IMG/VR virus record: IMGVR_UViG_3300025389_000011 | Source of the DNA: a virus | Lineage: Duplodnaviria > Caudoviricetes | DNA length: 64,000 nucleotides | Direction: 5' to 3' (one strand) | Shown here: piece by piece, positions 56,659 through 64,000 of the stretch | How positions within the stretch are numbered: the first letter of the stretch is position 1 | Layout of the letters: the number at the start of each line of letters is the position of its first letter | Notes under the pieces: model-generated | Seen by the model: only the letters and a program-made list of their open reading frames with translations | Database searches by the model: none | What the model was told of the DNA's origin: nothing | Made by a program: the position numbers and the translations under genes

Positions 56659-56876
56659 AAGAAAAATATACCTTTTATATACAATCCACTCATAATCATG
56701 TTTAGTAACCACATACTAGGTTGTTTCCACATGACACCTAACCAACCCCAAAGAATAGCGGTAATCAATCCAAAATATTTATTGATCGGTGTAATATCAT
56801 GTGAAGTTAAGTATACTGTTACTAATGCTAATAGTGTTGCACCCCACTTGACACAAAATTCTAATTTATTATTCAA
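56655..56876 (-). CDS. Small multi-pass membrane protein
   Basis: Three hydrophobic segments. Confidence 0.65.
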   Translation of the reverse strand: MNNKLEFCVKWGATLLALVTVYLTSHDITPINKYFGLITAILWGWLGVMWKQPSMWLLNMIMSGLYIKGIFFL

Positions 56877-57117
56877 ACTTTAACCTAAAATATGTTAATT
56901 GCTTTGGGGTAAGATATGCTGTAATTGTGTACAGATAGCCCCATGTATTAGGGTGTCTATGCCAAATAGGTTTTTCTATAGTGCAATTTTCCATTACCCA
57001 CTTGCCAGCATCAGTTTGTTGCCATTTCCAAATGGGTTCGGCAACAAACAAGTCAGGGTCTTCCACGTCACCCATGTTAATTTTATGTACTATATATGGT
57101 ATTACTTCTTCTGTCAT
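56869..57117 (-). CDS. Small hypothetical protein (W-rich family, divergent)
   Basis: W.....GKWVME...LTYFRLKF. Confidence 0.65.
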   Translation of the reverse strand: MTEEVIPYIVHKINMGDVEDPDLFVAEPIWKWQQTDAGKWVMENCTIEKPIWHRHPNTWGYLYTITAYLTPKQLTYFRLKFE

Positions 57118-58025
57118 ACTGCCATCGGTGCCTTAATTGAGTCCATTGATTTATAATCTATTAATTTTACATCACTCATAGTGAATTTGTCAATAGATGT
57201 TACATCTGGATTCAACCAAAGTGTCGGTGGCTGTAATGGTGTACGTATAAGTTGTTCTTTAACTTGGTCGATGTGATTATTATAAATGTGCGTGTCACCT
57301 GTACTAATAATCAATTCACCAACCTTTAGTCCACATACATGTGCAATCATGTGTGTTAGTAATGCATAACTTGCAATGTTAAATGGTAGTCCCAAGAATA
57401 CATCTACGCTACGTTGATACATATGGCAACTTAGTTCGCCACTTTTACTTACATTAAATTGGCTCATAACATGACAGGGTGGTAATGCCATTTCATCTAA
57501 CTCACCTGCATTCCAAGCATTGATAATATGTCTACGACCATATGGGTCTTTTTTAATACCATCAATTAAATTTGAGAGTTGATCCGTTTCTTTGAAGTGT
57601 ACGTGACCTTGTCTGTGGAACCAATGGCCGAATTCATTCTTAAATGATTCCGTTTTATGTTCAATCGGTGTCTTCCAATGCCTCCACTGTACCCCGTAGA
57701 CACGACCCAAGTCGCCCTCAAATTTCGCTTTGTGTTTCCAATACGGTGCCAATGCGTTCGGCGTCCAAATCGTAGTCGTACCTTCTTTGTTTCCGTGTGT
57801 GATTTCTGCAAGACGCCTTTCATCACCACTGCCTTCAATAAACCAAAGAAGTTCACCGACGCAAGCCTTCCATGCAAGTTTTTTAGTAGTGACAGCGGGA
57901 AAAGATTTACGCAAATCAAAGCGAACACTACGTCCAAACACACTAATGGTACCCACACCAGTTCTATCATCTTTGGTTTCTCCGTTATCTAAAATGTCTT
58001 GCAACAAATCTAAATACTGTTTCAT
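57114..58025 (-). CDS. thyA: Thymidylate synthase
   Basis: DRTGVGT, LG.VYG.QWR, MALPPCH, YQRS.D.FLGLPFN.ASY, GD.HIY.NH. Confidence 0.97.
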   Translation of the reverse strand: MKQYLDLLQDILDNGETKDDRTGVGTISVFGRSVRFDLRKSFPAVTTKKLAWKACVGELLWFIEGSGDERRLAEITHGNKEGTTTIWTPNALAPYWKHKAKFEGDLGRVYGVQWRHWKTPIEHKTESFKNEFGHWFHRQGHVHFKETDQLSNLIDGIKKDPYGRRHIINAWNAGELDEMALPPCHVMSQFNVSKSGELSCHMYQRSVDVFLGLPFNIASYALLTHMIAHVCGLKVGELIISTGDTHIYNNHIDQVKEQLIRTPLQPPTLWLNPDVTSIDKFTMSDVKLIDYKSMDSIKAPMAV

Positions 58026-58318
58026 AGCTTACCTAATAATTTATCCGTTTCAGGTTGAACAACATCTGCAATAGATTGTACGTTTAATATAAACTCCATG
58101 CTAACGATTTCATCATCTAATTCATGTAGTTTTCTACTAACTGCTTCCTCTATTTGGTCAGGGTCTAACCCTTGTTTTAGAAAACGTTCAATATTAATTG
58201 TATGTTGACGTTTGCCGTCCAATTTAATTACTAGTTTTCTAATAAACTGAACTGGAATTTTTTGTTTTTCAACATCTTCAAGGATGTGTTCCCATTTTTC
58301 AATGAACTCTGGACTCAT
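58022..58318 (-). CDS. Hypothetical protein (98 aa)
   Basis: ORF track, coupled overlaps. Confidence 0.7.
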   Translation of the reverse strand: MSPEFIEKWEHILEDVEKQKIPVQFIRKLVIKLDGKRQHTINIERFLKQGLDPDQIEEAVSRKLHELDDEIVSMEFILNVQSIADVVQPETDKLLGKL

Positions 58319-59022
58319 TATGCACTAACTTTAGCTTTTTTATTGTATGCTCTTTTTGCCTTAGGGGCTTCTACTGCTGGTTTTACTGGATCCATTTGTG
58401 CGGCTTCTTTTTCTAATCTAGCAGCCTCAGCTAATAATCCTTTTGCTTCCGAGGCCATTTTAGCAGCCTGTTGACGCAAATTATTTGCAATAGCATTGTC
58501 ACCCAATGCATCATTGCTAGTTGCAGTTAATGGTGCTACGGGTGGTGTATTAGTTGCAGGAACTTTTGCATCACGTGTTTGTTGCTCACGCATTCTACGT
58601 GCTACATCAGTTGGATCTTGTAATCCGCGGCTCTTGTCTAATTCAGCTAAACGCTTAACAGCCTCTTCACCTTTTTCCATTTCACTTAAAATCTTGTTAA
58701 GTTCACTTAACTTGACTTTGCTCTGTGGATTAGGAGTAACAACAACTTGCTCTGTTTGTACCTTCTTTAACAAACCTTCTGCATGAAGTGTTTGTAGAAT
58801 AGGTCTGCCATCTAATCCTAGTGTGCGATTCAATGCATCAGCTAGTGATTGACTGTTTTGGCCAATATCACTTTCAATACAACGAATCAATGGATCATGA
58901 ATGTGTTGATTCAATGTTTCTGTATATGTGACTAAACACATATGTGGTTCACCAGGGATCTCACGAAAAATGATTGCCACTTTTCTATCACCCATTTTAC
59001 CAACGTGTCGTAAAAAACTCAT
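58318..59022 (-). CDS. Hypothetical protein (234 aa)
   Basis: SD GAGGAG; late-like box TAAATA. Confidence 0.75.
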   Translation of the reverse strand: MSFLRHVGKMGDRKVAIIFREIPGEPHMCLVTYTETLNQHIHDPLIRCIESDIGQNSQSLADALNRTLGLDGRPILQTLHAEGLLKKVQTEQVVVTPNPQSKVKLSELNKILSEMEKGEEAVKRLAELDKSRGLQDPTDVARRMREQQTRDAKVPATNTPPVAPLTATSNDALGDNAIANNLRQQAAKMASEAKGLLAEAARLEKEAAQMDPVKPAVEAPKAKRAYNKKAKVSA

Positions 59023-59080
59023 ATTATTCTCCTCGAGTAGTTAAAGATATTTAACTTGAGAAAGTTTGCCCAATATATTT

Positions 59081-59377
59081 TTAGGACCAAACTAATTCAT
59101 AGGCGATTGCCTCTTTAGGATCTTCAAATGCAGGATATCCATTGAAGCCTAAAATTTGTAAAAATTCCATGTCATCTTTAACTTTATGCACGACAGAAAA
59201 TCTACCCCTAAGTTTATTCATTATCCAAATTCTAGACTCTTCGGTTAATTTGGTATTAGCAACAACAAAGTGCTTGGGGGTAAATTTTAACTCACGTCCA
59301 CTATACCAGGTTATTGGATCTGCAATATATTCTTCTATCATTGTGTAAGAGACACTAGCATCTTTAATTGTTCCCAT
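59081..59377 (-). CDS. Small hypothetical protein (W-rich family, divergent)
   Basis: RIWI...L.GRF...AFEDPKEA..Y.L.WS. Confidence 0.65.
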   Translation of the reverse strand: MGTIKDASVSYTMIEEYIADPITWYSGRELKFTPKHFVVANTKLTEESRIWIMNKLRGRFSVVHKVKDDMEFLQILGFNGYPAFEDPKEAIAYELVWS

Positions 59378-59745
59378 GTATTCTTAATTACCGGAATATT
59401 CATTTTTCTAGGTGGCAATACTTCTATCCAAATATTTTCCCCTAAATCAGGATGCACATAACCTTGGTCGGCTCCATAGGTTCTAGGTTGATGTATCTTT
59501 CCTTGCATCCAAAGTTTAGCGCCCAAATCTTGCACACTTTCTAGTGAGTATTCTGTTAAGTCGTAGCCTGAGGCATTTCTAGAATAAGGGTTACCTTGAT
59601 TATAGTAACCTTCTAATACGGCTAGTAGTTTAGAAATGTCAGGGCAGTCGGTACGTGTAACAATGAATAAAACATCATCCAAGGACACTTCGCCTGCTAG
59701 AATAGATTTTACACAACGACCTAGGCTTGTTCCAATGTACATCAT
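59338..59745 (-). CDS. Hypothetical protein (135 aa)
   Basis: ORF track. Confidence 0.65.
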   Translation of the reverse strand: MMYIGTSLGRCVKSILAGEVSLDDVLFIVTRTDCPDISKLLAVLEGYYNQGNPYSRNASGYDLTEYSLESVQDLGAKLWMQGKIHQPRTYGADQGYVHPDLGENIWIEVLPPRKMNIPVIKNTWEQLKMLVSLTQ

Positions 59746-59975
59746 TTCTTTAATTCCAATAATATTTCAACACGTTGTAATGCATCATCCATGGTCTTAT
59801 CATCTTGAGCCATTATTACAGCCTGTTTAAGATTTAACCAACGATTAGCAACCTTATCTTCAGGTGCTACTTTAATCATTTCACGTTCGGACGATCCACT
59901 CTTGCGAGAGTAGACCGTCTTACCGCCGTCAGGACTTTCGTATATGATTATTTCTTCAATACTTTTAACTGTCAT
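59742..59975 (-). CDS. Hypothetical protein (77 aa)
   Basis: IYESPDGGKTVY motif. Confidence 0.65.
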   Translation of the reverse strand: MTVKSIEEIIIYESPDGGKTVYSRKSGSSEREMIKVAPEDKVANRWLNLKQAVIMAQDDKTMDDALQRVEILLELKK

Positions 59976-61249
59976 TTCTCATCATAGAGAGCATAAGTAC
60001 CAAATGGGGGATTTGGATTTTTATCACCATGAATGATCCATGTAGTATCACAATAGTCAGGGTCGCCCCAGCTACCAAAGGGATATCCATCAGTAAACAC
60101 AATCAAACGTTTTGGTTCAATTGCGTTATCTTTAAGATACTTGAAAATACAATCAAAGTCAGTACCACCACCGCCCATTGGTTCGTATTCTGCAATGTCA
60201 TCCATGTTGTCACTATGAAAGTCTTTTGGATTATAAATTTCAGTATCAAAACAGAATACATGGACCTTATAACCATCAAACGCATTCATCATGCCACCGA
60301 TTTCACCTAAGAAATCTTGTGCTTGTTTTTGACTGATACTACCTGACATGTCAAGTGTCACAACAACATCAATTTCTTCACCGGGAGTCATGCCGGGCAT
60401 AATAGCATCAGTATGCCAACCTCTACGTGAAGGACGCATCCAACTATAATCAGTACGAATTGCACTTGTCAAGTTTGTTTGAATCAACTCACGCCAGGGC
60501 ATAACTGGATTAGTAGCCTGCTTGATTAATCGTTCAACACCTTTTGGCAACTGACCTGCCTCGCATGTACTTGCGGCATTAATAATAGCCTGTTTGACTT
60601 CTTGACGAACACGCTCACGTTCCTCAGGACTCATCTTTGGACGTTTATTTTTACCTGTTTGGTCACCATCACCATCACCATCCATGTCACCATCACCATC
60701 CATGTGGTCATCAATCATTTTATCAACCAAATCGTCAATATTGATATGTTGAACATTTTTCATGAGGTCATCATAGATTTCTTCGCTAGGTAGACCATCA
60801 TATTTTGCCTCATACAAACAAGGCACACTTGTAATAAACTCACCTACCTTATGTCGTTTCAAGTCTGCATTAACTGCATAGTCGTTTGCAATATTAAAGA
60901 TTTGATGGTCACGGTCACCTCTACGATCCATGTGGTCATATACCACGTGCAACACTTCATGACCTACTAAGAATTCAACTTCTTTAGGCTTTAGCAACAT
61001 AATGAAACGTGAATTGTAGTAAAACTTCAATCCATCAGTTGCCGCGGTTGAACACCATTCATCGGCATTAACCAATTGCAAACGTGTTGCAAGATTACCA
61101 AAAAATGATTGACGTAATAGTAAACCAACACGGGCAGTAATCAATCGTTCACGGGCTTGTGCATCAATTTTACTGTCAGTTGGACCTACTAGATTTTCAA
61201 ATTTTTTGCTACGCTTACTTTTTTTAGTTGGGGCAATAACGTCACTCAT
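59972..61249 (-). CDS. Metallopeptidase-VWA protein (DUF2201-like)
   Basis: HEVLH zincin motif; DMSGS MIDAS; GGGGTDF. Confidence 0.85.
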   Translation of the reverse strand: MSDVIAPTKKSKRSKKFENLVGPTDSKIDAQARERLITARVGLLLRQSFFGNLATRLQLVNADEWCSTAATDGLKFYYNSRFIMLLKPKEVEFLVGHEVLHVVYDHMDRRGDRDHQIFNIANDYAVNADLKRHKVGEFITSVPCLYEAKYDGLPSEEIYDDLMKNVQHINIDDLVDKMIDDHMDGDGDMDGDGDGDQTGKNKRPKMSPEERERVRQEVKQAIINAASTCEAGQLPKGVERLIKQATNPVMPWRELIQTNLTSAIRTDYSWMRPSRRGWHTDAIMPGMTPGEEIDVVVTLDMSGSISQKQAQDFLGEIGGMMNAFDGYKVHVFCFDTEIYNPKDFHSDNMDDIAEYEPMGGGGTDFDCIFKYLKDNAIEPKRLIVFTDGYPFGSWGDPDYCDTTWIIHGDKNPNPPFGTYALYDEK

Positions 61250-61275
61250 ATATGTTCCTTATTTACAATACTAGT

Positions 61276-61304
61276 AGTATACAATAATATTGATTTATTG
61301 TCAA
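61276..61304 (-). promoter_or_regulatory. sigma70 early promoter
   Basis: TTGACA-17-TATACT. Confidence 0.85.
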
Positions 61305-61306
61305 TT

Positions 61307-61326
61307 AAAGCGGGACCGAAGTCCCG
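61307..61326 (-). terminator. UUCG-loop terminator
   Basis: CGGGAC-TTCG-GTCCCG-CTTT. Confidence 0.75.
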
Positions 61327-61332
61327 TTTTAA

Positions 61333-62436
61333 TTAGTTACCGGCTTCTACAATGTATTTACCGTATTTCTTGTGAAACTCATCAAAGTGTTTCAATTGAC
61401 TTGGCTCGATTGGCAACTTGTAAGTTTTCAATGCAATCTTGGCACCCATCACAACCAATTCAGTTTCAAAGTTTTTCATGATGTATGACAAGAAATTGTC
61501 AGCCATGTCATGGAATTGTTTTTGATTAACTTTCTTACCTTCAAGTGCATCACGCAATTCATAGCACATTGAAACGGTCAATGAGTACATTGCACTAATT
61601 TCTTTTACATTAAGTTCAGTTACCTTACCTGACAAGATATCAGCAGGGTCGGGCATCTTACCTGCAATCTTGCGGTGTGCCGCAAACTTAACTGCAAGAC
61701 CTTCACCAACTGCACCTGCTACCAAGTTAAACAAGGTATCAGTATCGGTATCAGCCTCATCATTCAACAAGTCACTAACGAAACACCAGCTACGTGGAGT
61801 AGCGAATGCACGGCTAGCCGATTTGCTATCAAAATCATACAAGTCTTGTTTAGCGAAAGACAAGTAACCAACCACGTCCTTATGGATACCTTTTTCAACT
61901 GCCCAGTTTTGCCATGCAGTAAAGTCAGGGCGCATTTCTAAGTGCAAGAAACGATTAGCAAGGGGCATTGGCATACGATATGTAACACCTTTGTCACTAT
62001 CACGATTACCCGCCGCAACAATTACAACATTGTCAGGCAATACATACTTACCAACACGACGGTTAAGAATCAATTGATAACCCGCAGCCTGCACAGCTGG
62101 ACTTGCACTATTCATTTCATCTAAGAAAAGAACCACGATTGGATATTCTTTTGCAAGTTCCTCATCAGGCAAGTCAACTGGAGACGCCCAATCCATTTTA
62201 TTCAAGTCACGATTAAAGAATGGAATACCACGAATGTCAGTTGGTTCCATTTGCGCCATACGCAAATCAATCATGTGACCACCTAATTCTTCAGTAACTT
62301 CGGCTACCACTTCTGATTTACCGATACCGGGAGGTCCCCACAAAAAGATAGGACGCTTTGCTTTGAATGCACGTAAAATTGCTTTACGGGCCTGTACACT
62401 AGTAATAGTGAGATTGTCTGATACATGAGATGCCAT
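61333..62436 (-). CDS. MoxR-like AAA+ ATPase
   Basis: WGPPGIGKS, FLDEMN, AAGN, LANRF, TPRSW. Confidence 0.9.
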   Translation of the reverse strand: MASHVSDNLTITSVQARKAILRAFKAKRPIFLWGPPGIGKSEVVAEVTEELGGHMIDLRMAQMEPTDIRGIPFFNRDLNKMDWASPVDLPDEELAKEYPIVVLFLDEMNSASPAVQAAGYQLILNRRVGKYVLPDNVVIVAAGNRDSDKGVTYRMPMPLANRFLHLEMRPDFTAWQNWAVEKGIHKDVVGYLSFAKQDLYDFDSKSASRAFATPRSWCFVSDLLNDEADTDTDTLFNLVAGAVGEGLAVKFAAHRKIAGKMPDPADILSGKVTELNVKEISAMYSLTVSMCYELRDALEGKKVNQKQFHDMADNFLSYIMKNFETELVVMGAKIALKTYKLPIEPSQLKHFDEFHKKYGKYIVEAGN

Positions 62437-62464
62437 TTTAACTCCAGTCGTTTAAGATAGATAT

Positions 62465-62493
62465 AGTATAGTTGAAAATTGATTTATTGTCAA
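62465..62493 (-). promoter_or_regulatory. sigma70 early promoter
   Basis: TTGACA-17-TATACT. Confidence 0.85.
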
Positions 62494-62939
62494 ATTCTTT
62501 TACGTTTGTTGCCATTTATTTTATCGCACAATTGACCAAAAAGTATTTCTTCACGTTTAAAGGCTTCGATTTCCCATGGTCGGTTAAAGTAATCTGCCTT
62601 AACACGTTTACCACACCAACCTTGCATAATCCTACCATTTCTTGCCTTGCGTAATTGATACTGACCTCGAACCATTTGCTTAACGTGAACCATTTCATGT
62701 GCTAAGGTAATCAGTAATCGTGGCAACTTCAAATAGCTGTCCAATTCAATTGTCAATTCTCTGTGCCCTGAATAGTATACTTGACCGTTGAATTGGTGAT
62801 CCTTACGCAAAATCTTGTTGTTCTTTACAATGATTGTATAATTAAAATCCTTGACGTTCAACTGTTTTGCGTAAAAAGGTATTACCTTTTCAATGAGGTC
62901 CTTGCGAACCTCACTTTTAATTTGTATATCAAATTCCAT
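62490..62939 (-). CDS. Zincin-like (HExxH) metallopeptidase
   Basis: LAHEMVHVKQ...Y...PWE.EA. Confidence 0.8.
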   Translation of the reverse strand: MEFDIQIKSEVRKDLIEKVIPFYAKQLNVKDFNYTIIVKNNKILRKDHQFNGQVYYSGHRELTIELDSYLKLPRLLITLAHEMVHVKQMVRGQYQLRKARNGRIMQGWCGKRVKADYFNRPWEIEAFKREEILFGQLCDKINGNKRKRI

Positions 62940-63244
62940 TACAGGATCGCTTCCAAAATACGATTGTACACATCCTTCTTGGACATGTAATATTCGTAGT
63001 CACGTTCACCGGGGTGAAAGTTTTTCCATTGATTTTGACCTGCAAAACCAATGAGGTCATTCTTCAAGGACACATCACTATAAAAATCAATAAAGCCGTA
63101 CATGTTATAGTGAGCAATGAAACCACTTGCAAGATACAAAAAGTTGTAGCCTGTCTTATTCAGTTGGGTAATGTCTTTACATGCCTTGACCACGTTGTTT
63201 ACAATCAAAGTCTTTTGGCGTTCAGTTAATGGTGTCAATGACAT
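62939..63244 (-). CDS. Hypothetical early protein (101 aa)
   Basis: SD AAGGAG. Confidence 0.7.
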   Translation of the reverse strand: MSLTPLTERQKTLIVNNVVKACKDITQLNKTGYNFLYLASGFIAHYNMYGFIDFYSDVSLKNDLIGFAGQNQWKNFHPGERDYEYYMSKKDVYNRILEAIL

Positions 63245-63253
63245 ATAAGCTCC

Positions 63254-63502
63254 TTAAACTAAGTTAACTTGAAAACTGATGGTTTTAGCATTCATTTTTT
63301 CATCATAGACCCTGGTCTGTCCACCAAAGCCTTCGATTTTTTCACGACCGATAACTTCCAATGCATTCCAAACTGCAATCCGTTGCTCGGTAAAACACAT
63401 TTCAGTAGCACCTTGAACAGTAGTGTAGAACCCCACACCGTCTACAATAACACGGACTTTTTGACTGTTATTAAGACCTTGAATGATTTGTTTTCTACGC
63501 AT
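63254..63502 (-). CDS. Hypothetical early protein (start corrected to MRRKQ, 63502)
   Basis: SD GGAG; the track's TTG start lies inside the promoter. Confidence 0.7.
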   Translation of the reverse strand: MRRKQIIQGLNNSQKVRVIVDGVGFYTTVQGATEMCFTEQRIAVWNALEVIGREKIEGFGGQTRVYDEKMNAKTISFQVNLV

Positions 63503-63533
63503 TTTTAACTCCGTTTTCTGATTCAATACAAGT

Positions 63534-63572
63534 ATTATAGCAGATACCCGAATTATTGTCAAATTCGGGTAT
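63534..63572 (-). promoter_or_regulatory. Consensus sigma70 promoter inside an 11-bp inverted repeat
   Basis: TTGACA-17-TATAAT; ATACCCGAATT/AATTCGGGTAT. Confidence 0.9.
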
Positions 63573-63579
63573 GTTGCTT

Positions 63580-63801
63580 TTATGCAACAAAATCGTATGC
63601 AAATTCGGGCATAACAGGGCCGTTCATTGGGCCACTAACTTGCACTTTACCCAAACCATAATCTTTGCTTAGTTTGTGAAAGACCTTGCGAGCCTCAGCC
63701 TCTGAACACTCAACAAAAAGTGTACCGCATGTAAAACTAGCGCGGTTATCATCTTTGAGAACCTTAGCAACTTTGTCTAGTACGATTTTTTCAAAAGCCA
63801 T
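63580..63801 (-). CDS. Hypothetical early protein (start MAFEK)
   Basis: SD AAGGAG. Confidence 0.7.
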   Translation of the reverse strand: MAFEKIVLDKVAKVLKDDNRASFTCGTLFVECSEAEARKVFHKLSKDYGLGKVQVSGPMNGPVMPEFAYDFVA

Positions 63802-63831
63802 TTTCAACTCCTTTAATCAATCAATACAAGT

Positions 63832-63876
63832 ATTATAGTCCCAAAACGATTTATTGTCAAATTTTGGGACTATAAT
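63832..63876 (-). promoter_or_regulatory. Consensus sigma70 promoter inside a 15-bp inverted repeat
   Basis: TTGACA-17-TATAAT; ATTATAGTCCCAAAA/TTTTGGGACTATAAT. Confidence 0.9.
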
Positions 63877-63882
63877 TTTCAT

Positions 63883-64000
63883 TTATTTTTGAAAACGAAA
63901 GTATGCAGTTTTACTATTGTGAATGTCATAAGACTTTTCACTAGTTTTAACAACATACAATGCTTTGTTGCCACAACTAATTTTAGTTCGGCCCATATAT
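63883..64000 (-). CDS. C-terminal fragment of a gene truncated by the window edge
   Basis: Open frame YMGRTKISCG...YFRFQK*. Confidence 0.5.
   Translation of the reverse strand, partial: YMGRTKISCGNKALYVVKTSEKSYDIHNSKTAYFRFQK

Noticed and set aside
56655-56876. Holin or PnuC-like transporter call for the 73-aa membrane protein
   Set aside because: Only hydrophobicity supports it, and it lies in a nucleotide-metabolism operon; left as a generic membrane protein
31113-58025. Inteins or introns in helicase, terminase, UvsX or thymidylate synthase
   Set aside because: Lengths are ordinary and motifs run uninterrupted; the short insert in ThyA (about 20 aa) has no splicing motifs
148-63508. Numerous short plus-strand ORFs in the track (e.g. 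148-375, 1195-1635, 20811-21224, 43257-43742) and alternate-frame minus ORFs
   Set aside because: They are antisense or out-of-frame shadows of longer genes with recognisable motifs, lack SD and promoter support, and have atypical composition
1-64000. Stop-codon reassignment (alternative genetic code)
   Set aside because: Core genes are full length under the standard code; only the sheath is broken, and that break needs a frame change rather than read-through
1-64000. tRNA, rRNA or CRISPR array
   Set aside because: Intergenic gaps are short and explained by promoters and terminators; no cloverleaf or regularly spaced repeat-spacer array was seen by eye (tRNAscan-SE or a CRISPR finder would confirm)

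Overview
A ~64 kb, AT-rich, densely coding segment of a large T4-like contractile-tailed dsDNA phage. Almost all genes are on the minus strand; the exceptions are an HNH-like gene, a gp14-gp15-NUDIX block and one hypothetical. Recognisable core genes include tail sheath, tail tube, a gp54-like tube initiator, gp4 head completion nuclease, neck gp13/gp14, gp15, a large fibre, large terminase, gp41 helicase, gp61 primase, UvsW/UvsX/UvsY, gp32, thymidylate synthase, dNMP kinase and spanins. Accessory genes include MazG, NUDIX, IscA, an epimerase, a SAM methyltransferase, a 2OG-Fe(II) oxygenase and a MoxR-VWA pair. Spanins and the IscA sequence suggest a Gram-negative, probably proteobacterial, host (inference). 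The most unusual observations are: a tail sheath gene broken by a stop and frame change; a 190-aa thumb-less C-family (DnaE-like) polymerase keeping all three catalytic Asp; a self-contained promoter/24-codon ORF/terminator unit missed by the ORF track; apparently leaderless late mRNAs; late promoters embedded in RBS-occluding hairpins; a covarying AUAGG-loop hairpin in two 5' leaders; a family of near-consensus sigma70 promoter cassettes; and acidic head-type proteins with T4-like capsid-targeting N-termini and repeated [ILV]-x-E sites. No tRNA, rRNA, CRISPR array, intein or large intron was seen. All annotation is by eye from motifs; no database search or computation was run.
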